The notes under the pieces are model-generated. The model was not told the DNA's origin, searched no databases, and was given only the letters and a program-made list of their open reading frames with translations. From NCBI RefSeq assembly GCF_963921235.1, contig NC_086108.1:1922001-1986000 (forward strand): a stretch of DNA of 64,000 nucleotides. Direction: 5' to 3'. Numbering within the stretch: the first letter of the stretch is position 1; every line of letters starts with the position of its first letter. This stretch comes from Mobula hypostoma (taxonomy: Eukaryota). The position numbers were made by a program, and so were the translations under genes. Shown piece by piece: positions 13,335 through 25,889 of this stretch.

Positions 13335-16300
13335 CATAGAAACATAGAAACATAGAAAACAGGTGCAGGAGTAGGCCATTCGGCCCTTCGAGCCTGCACC
13401 GCCATTTAATTATGATCATGGCTGATCATCCAACTCAGAACCCCGCCCCAGCCTTCCCTCCATACCCCCTGACCCCCATAGCCACAAGGGCCATATCTAA
13501 CTCCCTCTTAAATATAGCCAATGAACTGGCCTCAACAGTTTCCTGTGGCAGAGAATTCCACAGATTCACCACCCTCTGTGTGAAGAAGTTTTTCCTAATC
13601 TCGGTCCTAAAAGGCTTCCCCTCTATCCTCAAACTGTGACCCCTCGTTCTGGACTTCCCCAACATCGGGAACAATCTTCCTGCATCTAGCCTGTCCAATC
13701 CCTTTAGGATCTTATACGTTTCAATCAGATTCCCCCCTCAATCTTCTAAATTCCAACGAGTACAAGCCCAGTTCATCCAGTCTTTCTTCATATGAAAGTC
13801 CTGCCATCCCAGGAATCAATCTGGTGAACCTTCTTTGTACTCCCTCTATGGCAAGGATGTCTTTCCTCAGATTAGGGGACCAAAACTGCACACAATACTC
13901 CAGGTGTGGTCTCACCAAGGCCTTGTACAACTGCAGTAGTACCTCCCTGCTCCTGTACTCGAATCCTCTCGCTATAAATGCCAGCATACCATTCGCCTTT
14001 TTCACCGCCTGCTGTACCTGCATGCCCACTTTCAATGACTGGTGTATAATGACACCCAGGTCTCGTTGCACCTCCCCTTTTCCTAATCGGCCACCATTCA
14101 GATAATAATCTGTTTTTCTATTTTTGCCACCAAAGTGGATAACTTCACATTTATCCACATTAAATTGCATCTGCCATGAGTGTGCCCACTCACCCAACCT
14201 ATCCAAGTCACCCTGCATCCTCTTAGCATCCTCCTCACTGCTAACACTGCCACCCAGCTTCGTGTCATCCGCAAACTTGGAGATGCTGCATTTAATTCCC
14301 TCATCCAAGTCATTAATATATATTGTAAACAACTGGGGTCCCAGCACTGAGCCTTGCGGTACCCCACTAGTCACCGCCTGCCATTCTGAAAAGGTCCCGT
14401 TTATTCCCACTCTTTGCTTCCTGTCTGCTAACCAATTCTCCACCCACACCAATACCTTACCCCCAATACTGTGTGCTTTAAGTTTGCACACTAATCTCCT
14501 GTGTGGGACCTTGTCAAAAGCCTTTTGAAAATCCAAATATACCACATCCACTGGTTCTCCCCTATCCACTCTACTAGTTACATCCTCAAAAAATTCTATG
14601 AGATTCGTCAGACATGATTTTCCTTTCACAAATCCATGCTGACTTTGTCCGATCATTTCACCGCTTTCCAAATGTGCTGTTATCACATCCTTGATAACTG
14701 ACTCCAGCAGTTTCCCCACCACCGACGTTAGGCTAACCGGCCTATAATTCCCCGGTTTCTCTCTCCCTCCTTTTTTAAAAAGTGGGGTTACATTAGCCGC
14801 CCTCCAATCCTCAGGAACTAGTCCAGAATCTAACGAGTTTTGAAAAATTATCACTAATGCATCCACTATTTCTTGGGCTACTTCCTTAAGCACTCTAGGA
14901 TGCAGACCATCTGGCCCTGGGGATTTATCTGCCTTCAATCCCTTCAATTTACCTAACACCACTTCCCTACTAACATGTATTTCACTCAGTTCCTCCATCT
15001 CACTGGACCCTCTGTCCCGTACTATTTCTGGAAGATTATTTATGTCCTCCTTAGTGAAGACAGAACCAAAGTAATTATTCAATTGGTCTGCCATGTCCTT
15101 GCTCCCCATAATCAATTCACCTGTTTCTGTCTGCAGGGGACCTACATTTGTCTTTACCAGTCTTTTCCTTTTTACATATCTATAAAAGCTTTTACAGTCC
15201 GTTTTTATGTTCCCCGCCAGTTTTCTCTCATAATCTTTTTTCCCCTTCCTAATTAACCCCTTTGTCCTCCTCTGCTGAACTCTGAATTTCTCCCAGTCCT
15301 CAGGTGAGCCACTTTCTCTGGCTAATTTGTATGTTTCTTCTTTGGAATTGATACTATCCCTAATTTCTCTTGTCAGCCACGGGTGCACTACCTTCCTTGA
15401 TTTATTCTTTTGCCAAACTGGGATGAACAATTGTTTTTCATCCATGCAACCTTTAAATGCTTGCCATTGCATATCCACTGTCAATCCTTTAGGTGTCATT
15501 TGCCAGTCTATCTTAGCTAATTCACGTCTCATACCTTCAAAGTTACCCCTCTTTAAGTTCAGAACCTTTGTTTCTGAATTAACTATGTCACTCTCCATAT
15601 TAATGAAGAATTCCACCATATTATGGTCACTCTTACCCAAGGGGCCTCTCACGACAAGATCGCTAATTAACCCTTCCTCATTGCTCAAAACCCAGTCCAG
15701 AATAGCCTGCTCTCTAGTCGGTTCCTCGACTTGTTGGTTCAAAAAACCATCCCGCATACATTCCAAGAAATCCTCTTCCTCAGCACCTTTACCAATTTGG
15801 TTCACCCAGTCTACATGTAGATTGAAGTCACCCATTATAACTGCTGTTCCTTTATTGCACACATTTCTAATTTCCTGTTTAATACCATCTCCGACCTCAC
15901 TACTACTGTTAGGTGGCCTGTACAGAACTCCCACCAGCGTTTTCTGCCCCTTAGTGTTACGCAGCTCTACCCATATCGATTCCACATCTTCCCGGCTTAT
16001 GTCCTTCCTTTCTATTGCGTTAATCTCTTCTTTAACCAGCAACACCACCCCACCTCCCCTTCCTTCATGTCTATCCCTCCTGAATATTGAATATCCCTGA
16101 ACGTTGAGCTCCCATCCCTGGTCACCCTGGAGCCATGTCTCTGTGATCCCAACTATATCATAATCATTAATAACAAGCTGCACTTTCAATTCATCCACCT
16201 TATTACGAATGCTCCTTGCATTGACACACAAAGCCTTCAGGCGTTCTTTTACAACTCTTTTAGCCCTTGTAGAATTATGTTGAAAAGTGGCCCTTTTTAA

Positions 16301-16347
16301 TGCTTGCCCTGGATTTGTCGGCCTGCCACTTTTACTTTTCTCCTTTG
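13335..16347 (-). mobile_element. Young 5'-truncated CR1 LINE with near-intact ORF2 (APE endonuclease + RT)
   Basis: ORF 13721-16513: NARSIRNK, GITETWL, MGDFN, SDH (APE); YRPVSLTS, GVPQGSVLGP, FADD (RT). One extra base near 13730 shifts the C-terminus into ORF 13435-13698. (TTTCTATG)n tail at 13335-13358. Confidence 0.95.
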
Positions 16348-16558
16348 TAAAATGCTGGTGAACACAGCAGGCCAGGCAGCAATGACCAAACACTGCAACA
16401 CAATAAAATGCTGGTGAACACAGCAGGCCAGGCAGCAATGACCAAACACTGCAACACAATAAAATGCTGGTGAACACAGCAGGCCAGGCAGCAATGACCA
16501 AACACTGCAACACAATAAAATGCTGGTGAACACAGCAGGCCAGGCAGCAATGACCAAA
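16348..16558. repeat. 56-bp tandem repeat (about 3.7 copies), chimera of PLE terminus and flank
   Basis: AATGCTGGTGAACACAGCAGGCCAGGCAGC + AATGACCAAACACTGCAACACAATAA at 16351, 16407, 16463, 16519. Confidence 0.9.
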
Positions 16559-16570
16559 TAAATTGCCAGG

Positions 16571-16610
16571 ACAGTCCTGATGAAGGGTCTCGGCCCGAAA
16601 CGTCGACTGT
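16571..16610 (+). ncRNA. Minimal type I hammerhead ribozyme motif in a PLE terminus
   Basis: ACAGTC-CTGATGA-A-GGGT CTCG GCCC-GAAA-CG-TC-GACTGT; 6-bp stem I; predicted cleavage after C16604. Confidence 0.8.
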
Positions 16611-17049
16611 ACCTCTTCCTACAGACGCTGCCTGGCCTGCTGCGTTTACCAGGATTTTGTGTGTGTTGCTTAAACTTCCAGCATCTGCAGATTTTCTCGT
16701 GTTTGCATGACCAGACGCTGGCTCATTTCCCACTCCCATGGTACTTGGCCAGAATTCGAGTGTCTCTTTCCCTCCACAGATGCTGCCTGACCTGTTGAGA
16801 TCCTCTGGTATTTTGTCTGTTTCTACGTGTAATAGTTGTTTTGTATTGTCTGATTTTTCCAAAAGAATATGTGATTCCTAAAGTGCACTGTGATGTGTGA
16901 TCTGTATCAGCTGCTGCCCTGTCGGTATGTGTGAGTGACTGGGAATTCGGAGTGTTTACTGGTGTTGTTGCTGCTGTTTGTGTTCGATGCCTCAATATTC
17001 CGTTTCATATCAGGGCATACAATATAAACTGAAACACTTACAGCCAAGA

Positions 17050-17850
17050 AACCCCGAGAACGAACACACACCAGTCATCATAGAGGGATCAGAAGTGGAG
17101 AGATTGAGCAATTTCAAGTTCCTGGGTTTCAACATCTCTGAAGGGCTTTCCTGAGCCCAACACATTGATGGATGCAGCTACAAAGAAGACAACTACAGTG
17201 GCTATATTTCATCAGCAGTTTGAAGAGATTTGGTTTATCACCTAAACCACTCGAAAGCTTCTGTGGATGTACTGTGGAGAACATTTTCACTGGCTGCATC
17301 GCCGTTCGGTGTGGGGCGGGGAGGTGCACTGCACATCATGGGCACCAGCCTCCTCAGCGTCCAGGACATCTGCAAGGAGCGATGCCTGGAAAAGGTGGTG
17401 TCCATCATTGAGGACCCCGTCACCCAGGACAGGCCGTCTTCTCATTGCTACCGTCAGGGAGGAGCCTGAAGACATACACACAACAATTCAGGAACAGCTG
17501 AACCTGATTCTGCTCTGTTAAGGTTAAAGAGCCTCCTCCCCCCACAGCTTCCTACAGAGAATCTGGACTCCTTGTGGGAGGTTTTGGCTTGTTGCAATGG
17601 AAGTAGCAAACAGAGATAAACCCTCTGCCATCCTATTTCTAAATGGATATTGAACTCATGAACACCACCTCACTATGTTTTTATTTCTATTTTTGCACTA
17701 CTTATTTAACAGTCATATATATTTTATTTCTATTTATACTGACTCCAATTCACAGTTTCTATTATTATGTATTGCACTGTACTGCTGCTGCTATGTTCAA
17801 ACATTTCACAACATATGCAGATGATATTAAACCTGATTCTGATTCTGTTC
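17050..17850 (+). mobile_element. Degenerate Rex1/Babar LINE 3' part
   Basis: FKFLG, LYFISSLKRFGLS, CTVENIFTGCI motifs; (GATTCT)n tail near 17835-17846. Confidence 0.65.
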
Positions 17851-17959
17851 CCGTTCAAAGCAGTTATTCAAATACTGCAGTATTCTTTATCGTCATGTGG
17901 TGGCGCCACTGTCACACATTGTCTCCATCCCTTGAACGAGGTCAGTGCATCATTGCTCC

Positions 17960-19896
17960 ATACATCAAAGTTGCTGGTGAACGCAGCAGGCCAGGCAGCA
18001 TCTATAGGAAGAGGTGCAGTCGACGTTTCAGGCCGAGACCCTTCGTCAGGACTAACTGAAGGAAGAGTGAGTAAGGGATTTGAAAGTTGGAGGGGGAGGG
18101 GGAGATGCAAAATGATAGGAGAAGACAGGAGGAGGAGGGATAGAGCCGAGAGCTGGACAGGTGATAGGCAAAAGGGGATACGAGAGGATCATGGGACAGG
18201 AGGTCCGGGAAGAAAGACGGGGGGGGGTGACCCAGAGGATGGGCAAGAGGTATATTCAGAGGGACAGAGGGAGAAAAAGGAGAGTGAGAGAAAGAATGTG
18301 TGCATAAAAAAGAGTAACAGCTGGGGTACGAGGGGGAGGTGGGGCCTAGCGGAAGTTAGAGAAGTCAGTGTTCATGCCATCAGGTTGGAGGCTACCCAGA
18401 CGGAATACAAGGTGTTGTTCCTCCAACCTGAGTGTGGCTTCATCTTTACAGTAGAGGAGGCCGTGGATAGACATGTCAGAATGGGAATGGGATGTGGAAT
18501 TAAAATGTGTGGCCACTGGGAGATCCTGCTTTCTCTGGCGGACAGAGCGTAGATGTTCAGCAAAGCGGTCTCCCAGTCTGCGTCGGGTCTCACCAATATA
18601 TAAAAGGCCACATCGGGAGCACCGGACACAGTATATCACCCCAGTCGACTCACAGGTGAAGTGATGCCTCACCTGGAAGGACTGTTTGGGGCCCTGAATG
18701 GTGGTAAGGGAGGAAGTGTAAGGGCATGTGTAGCACTTGTTCCGCTTACACGGATAAGTGCCAGGAGGGAGATCAGTGGGGAGGGATGGGGGGGACGAAT
18801 GGACAAGGGAGTTGTGTAGGGAGCGATCCCTGCGGAATGCAGAGAGAGGCGGGGAGGGAAAGATGTGCTTAGTGGTGGGATCCCGTTGGAGGTGGTGGAA
18901 GTTACGGAGAATAATATGTTGGACCCGGAGGCTGGTGGGGTGGTAGGTGAGGACCAGGGGAATCCTATTCCTAGTGGGGTGGTGGGAGGATGGAGTGAGA
19001 GCAGATGTACGTGAAATGGGGGAGATGCGTTTAAGAGCAGAGTTGATAGTGGAGGAAGGGAAGCCCCTTTCTTTAAAAAATGAAGACATCTCCCTCGTCC
19101 TAGAATGAAAAGCCTCATCCTGAGAGCAGATGCGGCGGAGACGGAGGAATTGCGAGAAGGGGATGGCGTTTTTGCAAGAGATAGGGTGAGAAGAGGAATA
19201 GTCCAGATAGTTGTGAGAGTCAGTAGGCTTATAGTAGACATCAGTGGATAAGCTGTCTCCAGAGACAGAGACAGAAAGATCTAGAAAGGGGAGGGAGGTG
19301 TCAGAAATGGACCAGGTAAACTTGAGGGCAGGGTGAAAGTTGGAGGCAAAGTTAATAAAGTTAACGAGTTCTGCATGCGTGCAGGAAGCAGCGCCAATGC
19401 AGTCGTCGATGTAGCGAAGGAAAAGTGGGGGACAGATACCAGAATAGGCACGGAACATAGATTGTTCCACAAACCCAACAAAAAGGCAGGCATAGCTAGG
19501 ACCCATACGGGTGCCCATAGCTACACCTTTAGTTTGGAGGAAATGGGAGGAGCAAAAGGAGAAATTATTAAGAGTAAGGACTAATTCTGCTAGACGGAGC
19601 AGAGTGGTGGTAGAGGGGAACTGATTAGGTCTGGAATCCAAAAAGAAGCGTAGAGCTTTGAGACCTTCCTGATGGGGGATGGAAGTATATAAGGACTGGA
19701 CATCCATGGTGAAAATAAAGCGGTGGGGGCCAGGGAACTTAAAATCATCGAAAAGTTTAAGAGCGTGAGAAGTGTCACGAACATAGGTCGGAAGGGATTG
19801 AACAAGGGGTGATAAAACAGTGTCGAGGTATGCAGAAACGAGTACGACAACAATTGTCTCAGCTTGCTCCTGCCCCACCGAACTCGTTTCTGCATA
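17960..19896 (-). mobile_element. Penelope-like element (Neptune-type), 5'-truncated: RT + GIY-YIG endonuclease, hammerhead motif at 18018-18053
   Basis: ORF 18346-19926: MDVQSLYTSIP, GVAMGTRMGPSYA, RYIDD, Cys-rich linker PCKRNKCYTC, VIYCVRCSRCGLLYIGET. The first ~28 aa of the listed ORF come from the inverted segment and flank. Confidence 0.93.
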
Positions 19897-20285
19897 GTAC
19901 AACACAGTACAGGCCCTTCGGCCCACAATGTTGCGCCGACTCTCAAACCCTGCCTCCCATATAAGCCCCCACCTTAAATTCCTCCATATACCTGTCTAGT
20001 AGTCTCACTGAGAGTCCGAGAGTCATAGAAAAGTACAGCACAGAACGGGACCTTCAGCCCATCTAGTCTGTGCAGAACCATTTAAACTGCCTACTCCCAT
20101 CGATTTGCACCAGGCGCATAACCTTCCATGTATCTATTCAAACTCCTCTTAAACGTTGAAATCGAACTTACATGCACCACTTGTGCTGGCAACTCGTTCC
20201 ACACTCTCACCACCCTTTGAGTGAATAAATTTCCCCCCATGTTCCCCTTAAACCTATCACCTTTCACCTTTAACTCATGGACCAC
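19897..20285 (-). mobile_element. Two short CR1 3'-end fragments
   Basis: Reverse complements of CR1 3' UTR (GTGGGCCGAAGGGCCTGTACTGTG) and FTQRVVRVWNELP. Confidence 0.65.
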
Positions 20286-20604
20286 TCTTAGTCTGGCGTC
20301 TATCCTTTGACCTGTCTACCAAGAGCCAAAGCATAAAGCCCTGACTCCTGCCAACATAGCTCTCTTGGTCATTGAGGCCGCAAGCCTCCAAACCCTATGA
20401 CAAGGTTGTGTTCTTCTTGGAGGTGAGCCTGTATAGGTAGTGTTATAAAGCGTTACACTGTGCTACCAAGCCACTATCCAGTAGTTGGGTGGGTAGTTCA
20501 TTCCTTTCTTGGGGCTCTCCTGCATCAGTTGTAGAAAAATACAGCACGTAAACAGGCCCTTTGGCTCACTGAGTCCTTGCTATAAACCACAGTTCACTCT
20601 AGAC

Positions 20605-20678
20605 CAGGGGTACCCAACCTTTTTATGCCATGGGCCCATTAACTGAGCAGTCCTTGGAGCCCAGGTGGAGAACCGCTG
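20605..20678. mobile_element. Tiny hAT/Charlie-like MITE
   Basis: CAGGGGTACCCAACCT ... AGGTGGAGAACCGCTG; degenerate 8-bp TSD CTCTAGAC/TTCTATAC. A related piece lies at about 40865-40927. Confidence 0.55.
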
Positions 20679-21514
20679 TTCTATACCATCAGATATAAGA
20701 GCAGAATCAGGCCATTTGTCCCATTGAGTCTGCTCCAATCACATCTATTTTATTTATTTATTGAGATATAGTGCAGAATAGCTCCTGCTGGCTCTTCGAG
20801 CTGCACTGCCCAGCAATCCCTGATTTAATCACAGGACAATTTACAGTGACCAATTAACCCACGAACCGGTATGTCTTTGGACTGTGGGAGGAAACCAGGG
20901 CACCAGAGGAAACCCACACTGTCACGGGGAGAACATACAAACTCGTTGCAGGCAGTGGCAGGAATTGAACCCAGGTTTCCTGTACTGTAAAGCGTTGTGC
21001 TGACCACTACACTACCGTGTCACCCTTTCATCCCTGTTCTCCTTGTATTTCTTAATCTCCCTGACCAATCATGAAACATCAACCTCTGCCCTAAATCACA
21101 CAATGACTTGGCCCCCACAGCTGTCCATGGCAATGCTTTCCCCCTCTGACTGAAGAAATTCCTCCTCATTTCTGCTCTAAAGGAATGTCCCTTAATTGTG
21201 AGGCTGCGCCTATGGGTCCCAGACTCTCCCTCGAAAGGAAACGTTCTCTCCACGTCTGCAACCATCCCGCACAAATCCCATTTCATTCTCCCCAAGTTCC
21301 TGTTGACTCTCCCCGCACCTCCCCGCCCCAGATTCTACCACTCACTCATGCACTGGGGGCAACTTGTAACGGGGCTTGTCACAGTCAAGGGATCTTGGGA
21401 TAGGAGCGTGATGGAGGCAGTTTGTAGGGTTAGGTTTGAGTGGAGGTAGGTGGGACGATGCAGAAGACCAGGTCGGCATGGACGAGATGGAATGAAGGGC
21501 CTGCATCAGTGTTG

Positions 21515-23120
21515 TATATCAGAATCAAGTTTTATATCACAGGCAGCAGCACATTGCAATACATAATAATAAAAAATGTGAATTACGGTAAGATATATAT
21601 ATATAATAGTTAAATTATATAAGTAGTACACAAAGCACTGAGGCAGTGTTCACGGGTTCAATGTCCATTCAGAAATTTGGTGGCACAGAGGAAGAAGCTG
21701 TTCCTGCATTGTTGAGTGTGTGTCTTCAGGCTCCTGTACCTCCTCCCTGATGGTAACAATGAGAACAAGGCTTGGCCTGGGTGATTGGGGGGGGGGGTCG
21801 TTCATGATGGATGCCACCCTGGAGATGTCCTGGATACTGGGGAGTCCAGTGCCCATGATGGAGCTGACTAAACTTACAACTCTCTGCAGCTTCCTTCGAT
21901 GCTGTGCAGTACACACCCCCCACTCCCCAACTCCCCCTCCAGACCAGATGATGATGATGATGATGATGATGCAGCCAGTCAGAATGGTCTCCACAGTACA
22001 TCTGTAGAAATTTGCGAGTGTTTTTGGTGAGGTGCCAAATCTCCTCAAACTTCTGATGAAGTATAGCCACTGTTGTGCCTTCTGTGACGGGGTCCTGAAT
22101 TACCCCTATGAACTGTGCTCGTTTACCCCTATTCACTGTGCTTTTGAAAAGAGAGAGAGAGAGTTATTTAACACTAACAACTTGTTTTGAAAAGAGAGAG
22201 AGAGAAATGAAGACTGCTCCCAGGTTGTTATACTTTCCTCAAGGACATCGCCTGCTTGCATTTCTTACACAGAGAGAGGAAGGAGGAGTTATTTGAATGA
22301 CAGCTGGTATCCAGTACGGTAAGATAAATGGGAGGTCAGATGATATAGACCTCGGACACATATTTTGGACACTGAATGAGTATTGTTGTGCCCGCAGGAA
22401 AAGTGGGTTTTTGGAGGATCGATCAGGTGGATCGATCAGTCACTCTTGCAATGGAAAGGAAAGGGATTGACTGGTGGGGATTTGTTCATGTGCCCACCCT
22501 CGCCTGGGTGATAGCTCCACCACAGAAAACTGGTCCCTTTTGTTGTGGTCACAGTCGGTGACTTTTAAAGGATTTCAAAGGACAACGAGAAGATCGATGG
22601 TGTCAGCTCAACTGAAGACTAAAATCTCTCCCTCTCTCTCGCTCCATCACTACTGAACTCAATACCACGAACTGAACTGAACTGAACTTTACTCATCATC
22701 GTAAGACTGTATCTTTTTACCCCTAGACTTAAAGAAGCTTGACTTTCATATATTTCCACACTTACTGCTTTACTTACTTATATATATAATCATTGCTAAC
22801 CTGTTTGATTTATCTACATTTAATTTACTGTATTGCATAGTTACTAATAAATATCATTAGTTAATAACAATACTGGACTCCAAAGTGTTTTCTATTTCTG
22901 CTGGTTCTTTACTCCCGGCGCCGGGTACGTGACACTTCTTTGTAGTAGCATTGATATGTTGGGACAAGGTGAGATCCTCAGAGATGTTCACACCCAGGAA
23001 CTTGAAATTGCTCATTCTTGCCCTTTCTGAAGTCCACAATCAGTTCTTTGGTCTTACTGATGTTGAGTGCAAGGTTGTTGCTGTAACAGCAGTCAACCAG
23101 CTGATTTATCTTGCTCCTGT
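21515..23120 (-). mobile_element. Rex1/Babar LINE 3' part interrupted by a solo LTR
   Basis: FKFLGVNISEDL (22857-23039) and RRFGTSPKTLANFYRCTVETILTGCI (21650-22048); (GAT)n expansion at about 21947-21971. Confidence 0.75.
22083..22934 (+). mobile_element. Solo LTR (Gypsy-like), 852 bp
   Basis: Starts TGTGACG, ends CGTGACA; 4-bp TSD CTTC (22079-22082, 22935-22938); AATAAA near 22846. Confidence 0.8.
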
Positions 23121-23648
23121 ATAATAATTACTCTTTAATTAATCGCCATTAATGTCTGTGGGATCTTGCTGTACACAGATTGGTTTGACAGATTTGCTCC
23201 CTAACTCTTGGACCTGAAGTGTTAACTGTTTTCCTCTTCACTAAGGTGCTGCCTGACCTGCTGAGAGTTTCCAACATTTTCCTGCTTCTCTTTAAGATTC
23301 CAATCATCTGCGGCAATTTGATTTTCAAGTTGTTTTCTTCTGGTTTTAAACACAAGAGATTCTGCAGATGTTGGAAATCCAGAGTCACTCACACAAAATG
23401 CTGCAGGAACTCAAAGTTCAAAGTACCTTTATTATTGGAGTATACAATCTCGGGATTTGTCTTCCTGCAGACAGCCACAGAACAAAGAAACACAATAGGA
23501 CGCATTTTAAAAACACACACCAAGACCAGCAAATACCCATTGTGCAAAAACAAAACAAGTCATGCAAGCAATAAAGAAAAGTAAACAAGTAACACACAGT
23601 ACACAAACCGCAGAGTCCCTGAAAGTGGGGCCACAGCCATGGAGACAG

Positions 23649-23850
23649 ATCAGACCAGGAGGCCGATGGCTGCAGGTCAGACCAGGAGGCCGATGGCTGC
23701 AGGTCAGACCAGGAGGCCGATGGCTGCAGGAGGACCAGGAGGCCGTTGGCTGCAGGTCAGACCAGGAGGCCGATGGCTGCAGGAGGACCAGGAGGCCGTT
23801 GGCTGCAGGTCAGACCTGGAGGCCGATGGCTGGAGGCCGATGGCTGCAGG
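23649..23850. repeat. 24/27-bp tandem repeat
   Basis: CAGGTCAGACCAGGAGGCCGATGGCTG repeated about 7-8 times with variants. Confidence 0.9.
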
Positions 23851-25479
23851 CCACAGCCGCAGAGCCAGTCTGGTGCTGCAGGTGGACCAGATTAGTCCTG
23901 ATGTGAATAAACCTCAAAGAAAAGTGAGCTGAAACTGATTTGTGCTGCGCCCTCAGCCCCGATGCCCAACACTTTCAATTACTGTACTTAAATCAGCCAA
24001 ATTTCAGTTTGTTTTTTTCCCTTCGGGCTCGAGAACTACAGTTCAATCCAGCCCCAGCTCCACTCCAGCAACTGGCACCATGCCACACCTGCACCTTCGA
24101 GAGTCCAGTCCACCGAATCACCCAGGACTCCGCCAAAAAGGCCGGGCTCCCAAAGAGAAGCCAGCGGCTGCAGATTGCAGTGACTGCAGTCCAGGAAAAG
24201 GGTCATCAATAGAATAGCTAGGAGTTTCGTTTGCTGCCTGTAAAGCATCCCTGTGTCTCGCCAGTGCCACCATGGTAGCATAACAGCTAGCCTGACGCGG
24301 TTGCAGCTCGGAGTGTCCCGGAATTCAGAGATCAGCCTGGGTGCCGTTCTGTAAGGAGCCAGTTGCTTCCGGATGAAAGTGTCTGAGTGTGACGGTCTCT
24401 TTCTGCCTCTCTCTCACTGTTCCCAGAGGAAAGTCCTTGTGTTCCAATGGTCTCTCTGTCTCCCCCCACCGCCGCCCCCGATGCTTTTGGAGGATGGTGC
24501 CGGAGGACGGAGCCCTGGGTCTGGTTTAATCGATGCAGTTTGTGGACTGGATTCTGTAGTTCACATTAGGATGAGTTTTCGGTTTGTGGTCACTCTCTTT
24601 TTGTTGCTATTCTGTGTGATTTTGAATGGGGGCAGCCTGCAGATAACGAATGGCACAGCACCAGACTGGACTGAACTGAGCTGAACTTAGTATGCCTGGA
24701 CTCTCTCGATGAGTTTGTGGTTCTGTGTTTTGTTACCTGTTTTTCACTGTTTTTTTTACCGTTTGCGCGACTTGTTTTTTCGTGCGTATGTGGGAGGGGG
24801 TTTACGGCTGCCATGCTTTTCTGTGTTTCATAGCTGTCTGTGGGAAGATGAAGCTTAGGGTCGTGTCCCTTCATACAGACTTTGATCAATCCTTTCAAAT
24901 TCTGAACCTCCTCCCTGTGGAATGTGTGTGTCTTCTCCGGGTGCTCCTGCTTCCTCCCACGTTTGGGTAGATTAATTTGGTCATTGTAAATAATTCTGAG
25001 ATTAGGCTAGGCTTAACTGGGTTTGTTGGTGATGGCTGGGGTGGTGTGGCTTGAAGTGCCAGAGGGCCGACTCTGCACTGTATCGCTAAATAAAATAAAC
25101 AGAGCTGAGGCAACTTCGATGGTGGGAAATTAACAGTCAGCGATTCTGGCCAAGACCCTTCGTCATGAGTCCTGATGGCCTGTAACGTCCACTGTTTATT
25201 CCTCTCTGAGGCGAGGTCCTCTTTTTACAAGCAATTGCAACACTGTACCAGCAGAGGGAGCAATGAGCTCACTTTAAACAATAAACACAAGTGATTTCAG
25301 ATGGTGGAATCGGAAAATCTGACTCTGAAAGAAGAAATAACTGGCTGGAGGAGCTCAGCAGGTCAAACGGCATCTGTAGGGGAAGGAATTACCAGGAAGG
25401 TCCTCATACAGGGTTCAACGATTCCCTTTCTCCCAGAAATTATGCGGATTGATTGGCTGCTTCAGAGGCTGGTATACAG

Positions 25480-25815
25480 TACAACCAAGAAGGACGCTAC
25501 TTTAACTGGGACACCGCAGACTAGGCAAACACCAGAATATTTAGAAGCGTGGTTCTCTTCTGATAACTCTGTAAACAAACATATTGAAATAAACACCATT
25601 ATCGAACCCCTGAGACCCAAAGAAATGCGAGCTAACTGGATGATTGAACAATCAGGACCGGGGCAAGTGAACGGAGGTGGGAGGGAGGGGGCATATAAAC
25701 TCAAATGCTCCCAGAGAGAAACACCAACAACTGTGCACTGAGGACATCATCTCAACTGGTGATGAAACGTCCGCAAGCTAATTGTCAAGCTCGGTGGCCA
25801 GTGAAACATCCAACG
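25480..25815 (+). mobile_element. 3' end of a second Penelope family (Poseidon-like)
   Basis: EYLEAWFSSDNSVNKHIEINTIIEPLR resembles a PLE GIY-YIG C-terminus and is followed by a hammerhead motif. Confidence 0.6.
25734..25775 (+). ncRNA. Minimal hammerhead ribozyme motif (second family)
   Basis: TGCA-CTGAGGA-C-ATCATC TCAACT GGTGAT-GAAA-CG-TC-CGCA; stem I has one mismatch. Confidence 0.6.
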
Positions 25816-25889
25816 TAAGCGAATGTCAGGGTTGAATACTGCATGTATACTTTGATAATAAATGTGCTTTGAGTCGTTGAACAATTCAA

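Noticed and set aside
16348..16513. Repeated hydrophobic N-terminus of the 930-aa ORF
   Set aside because: Read-through into the flanking 56-bp array; not part of CR1 ORF2.
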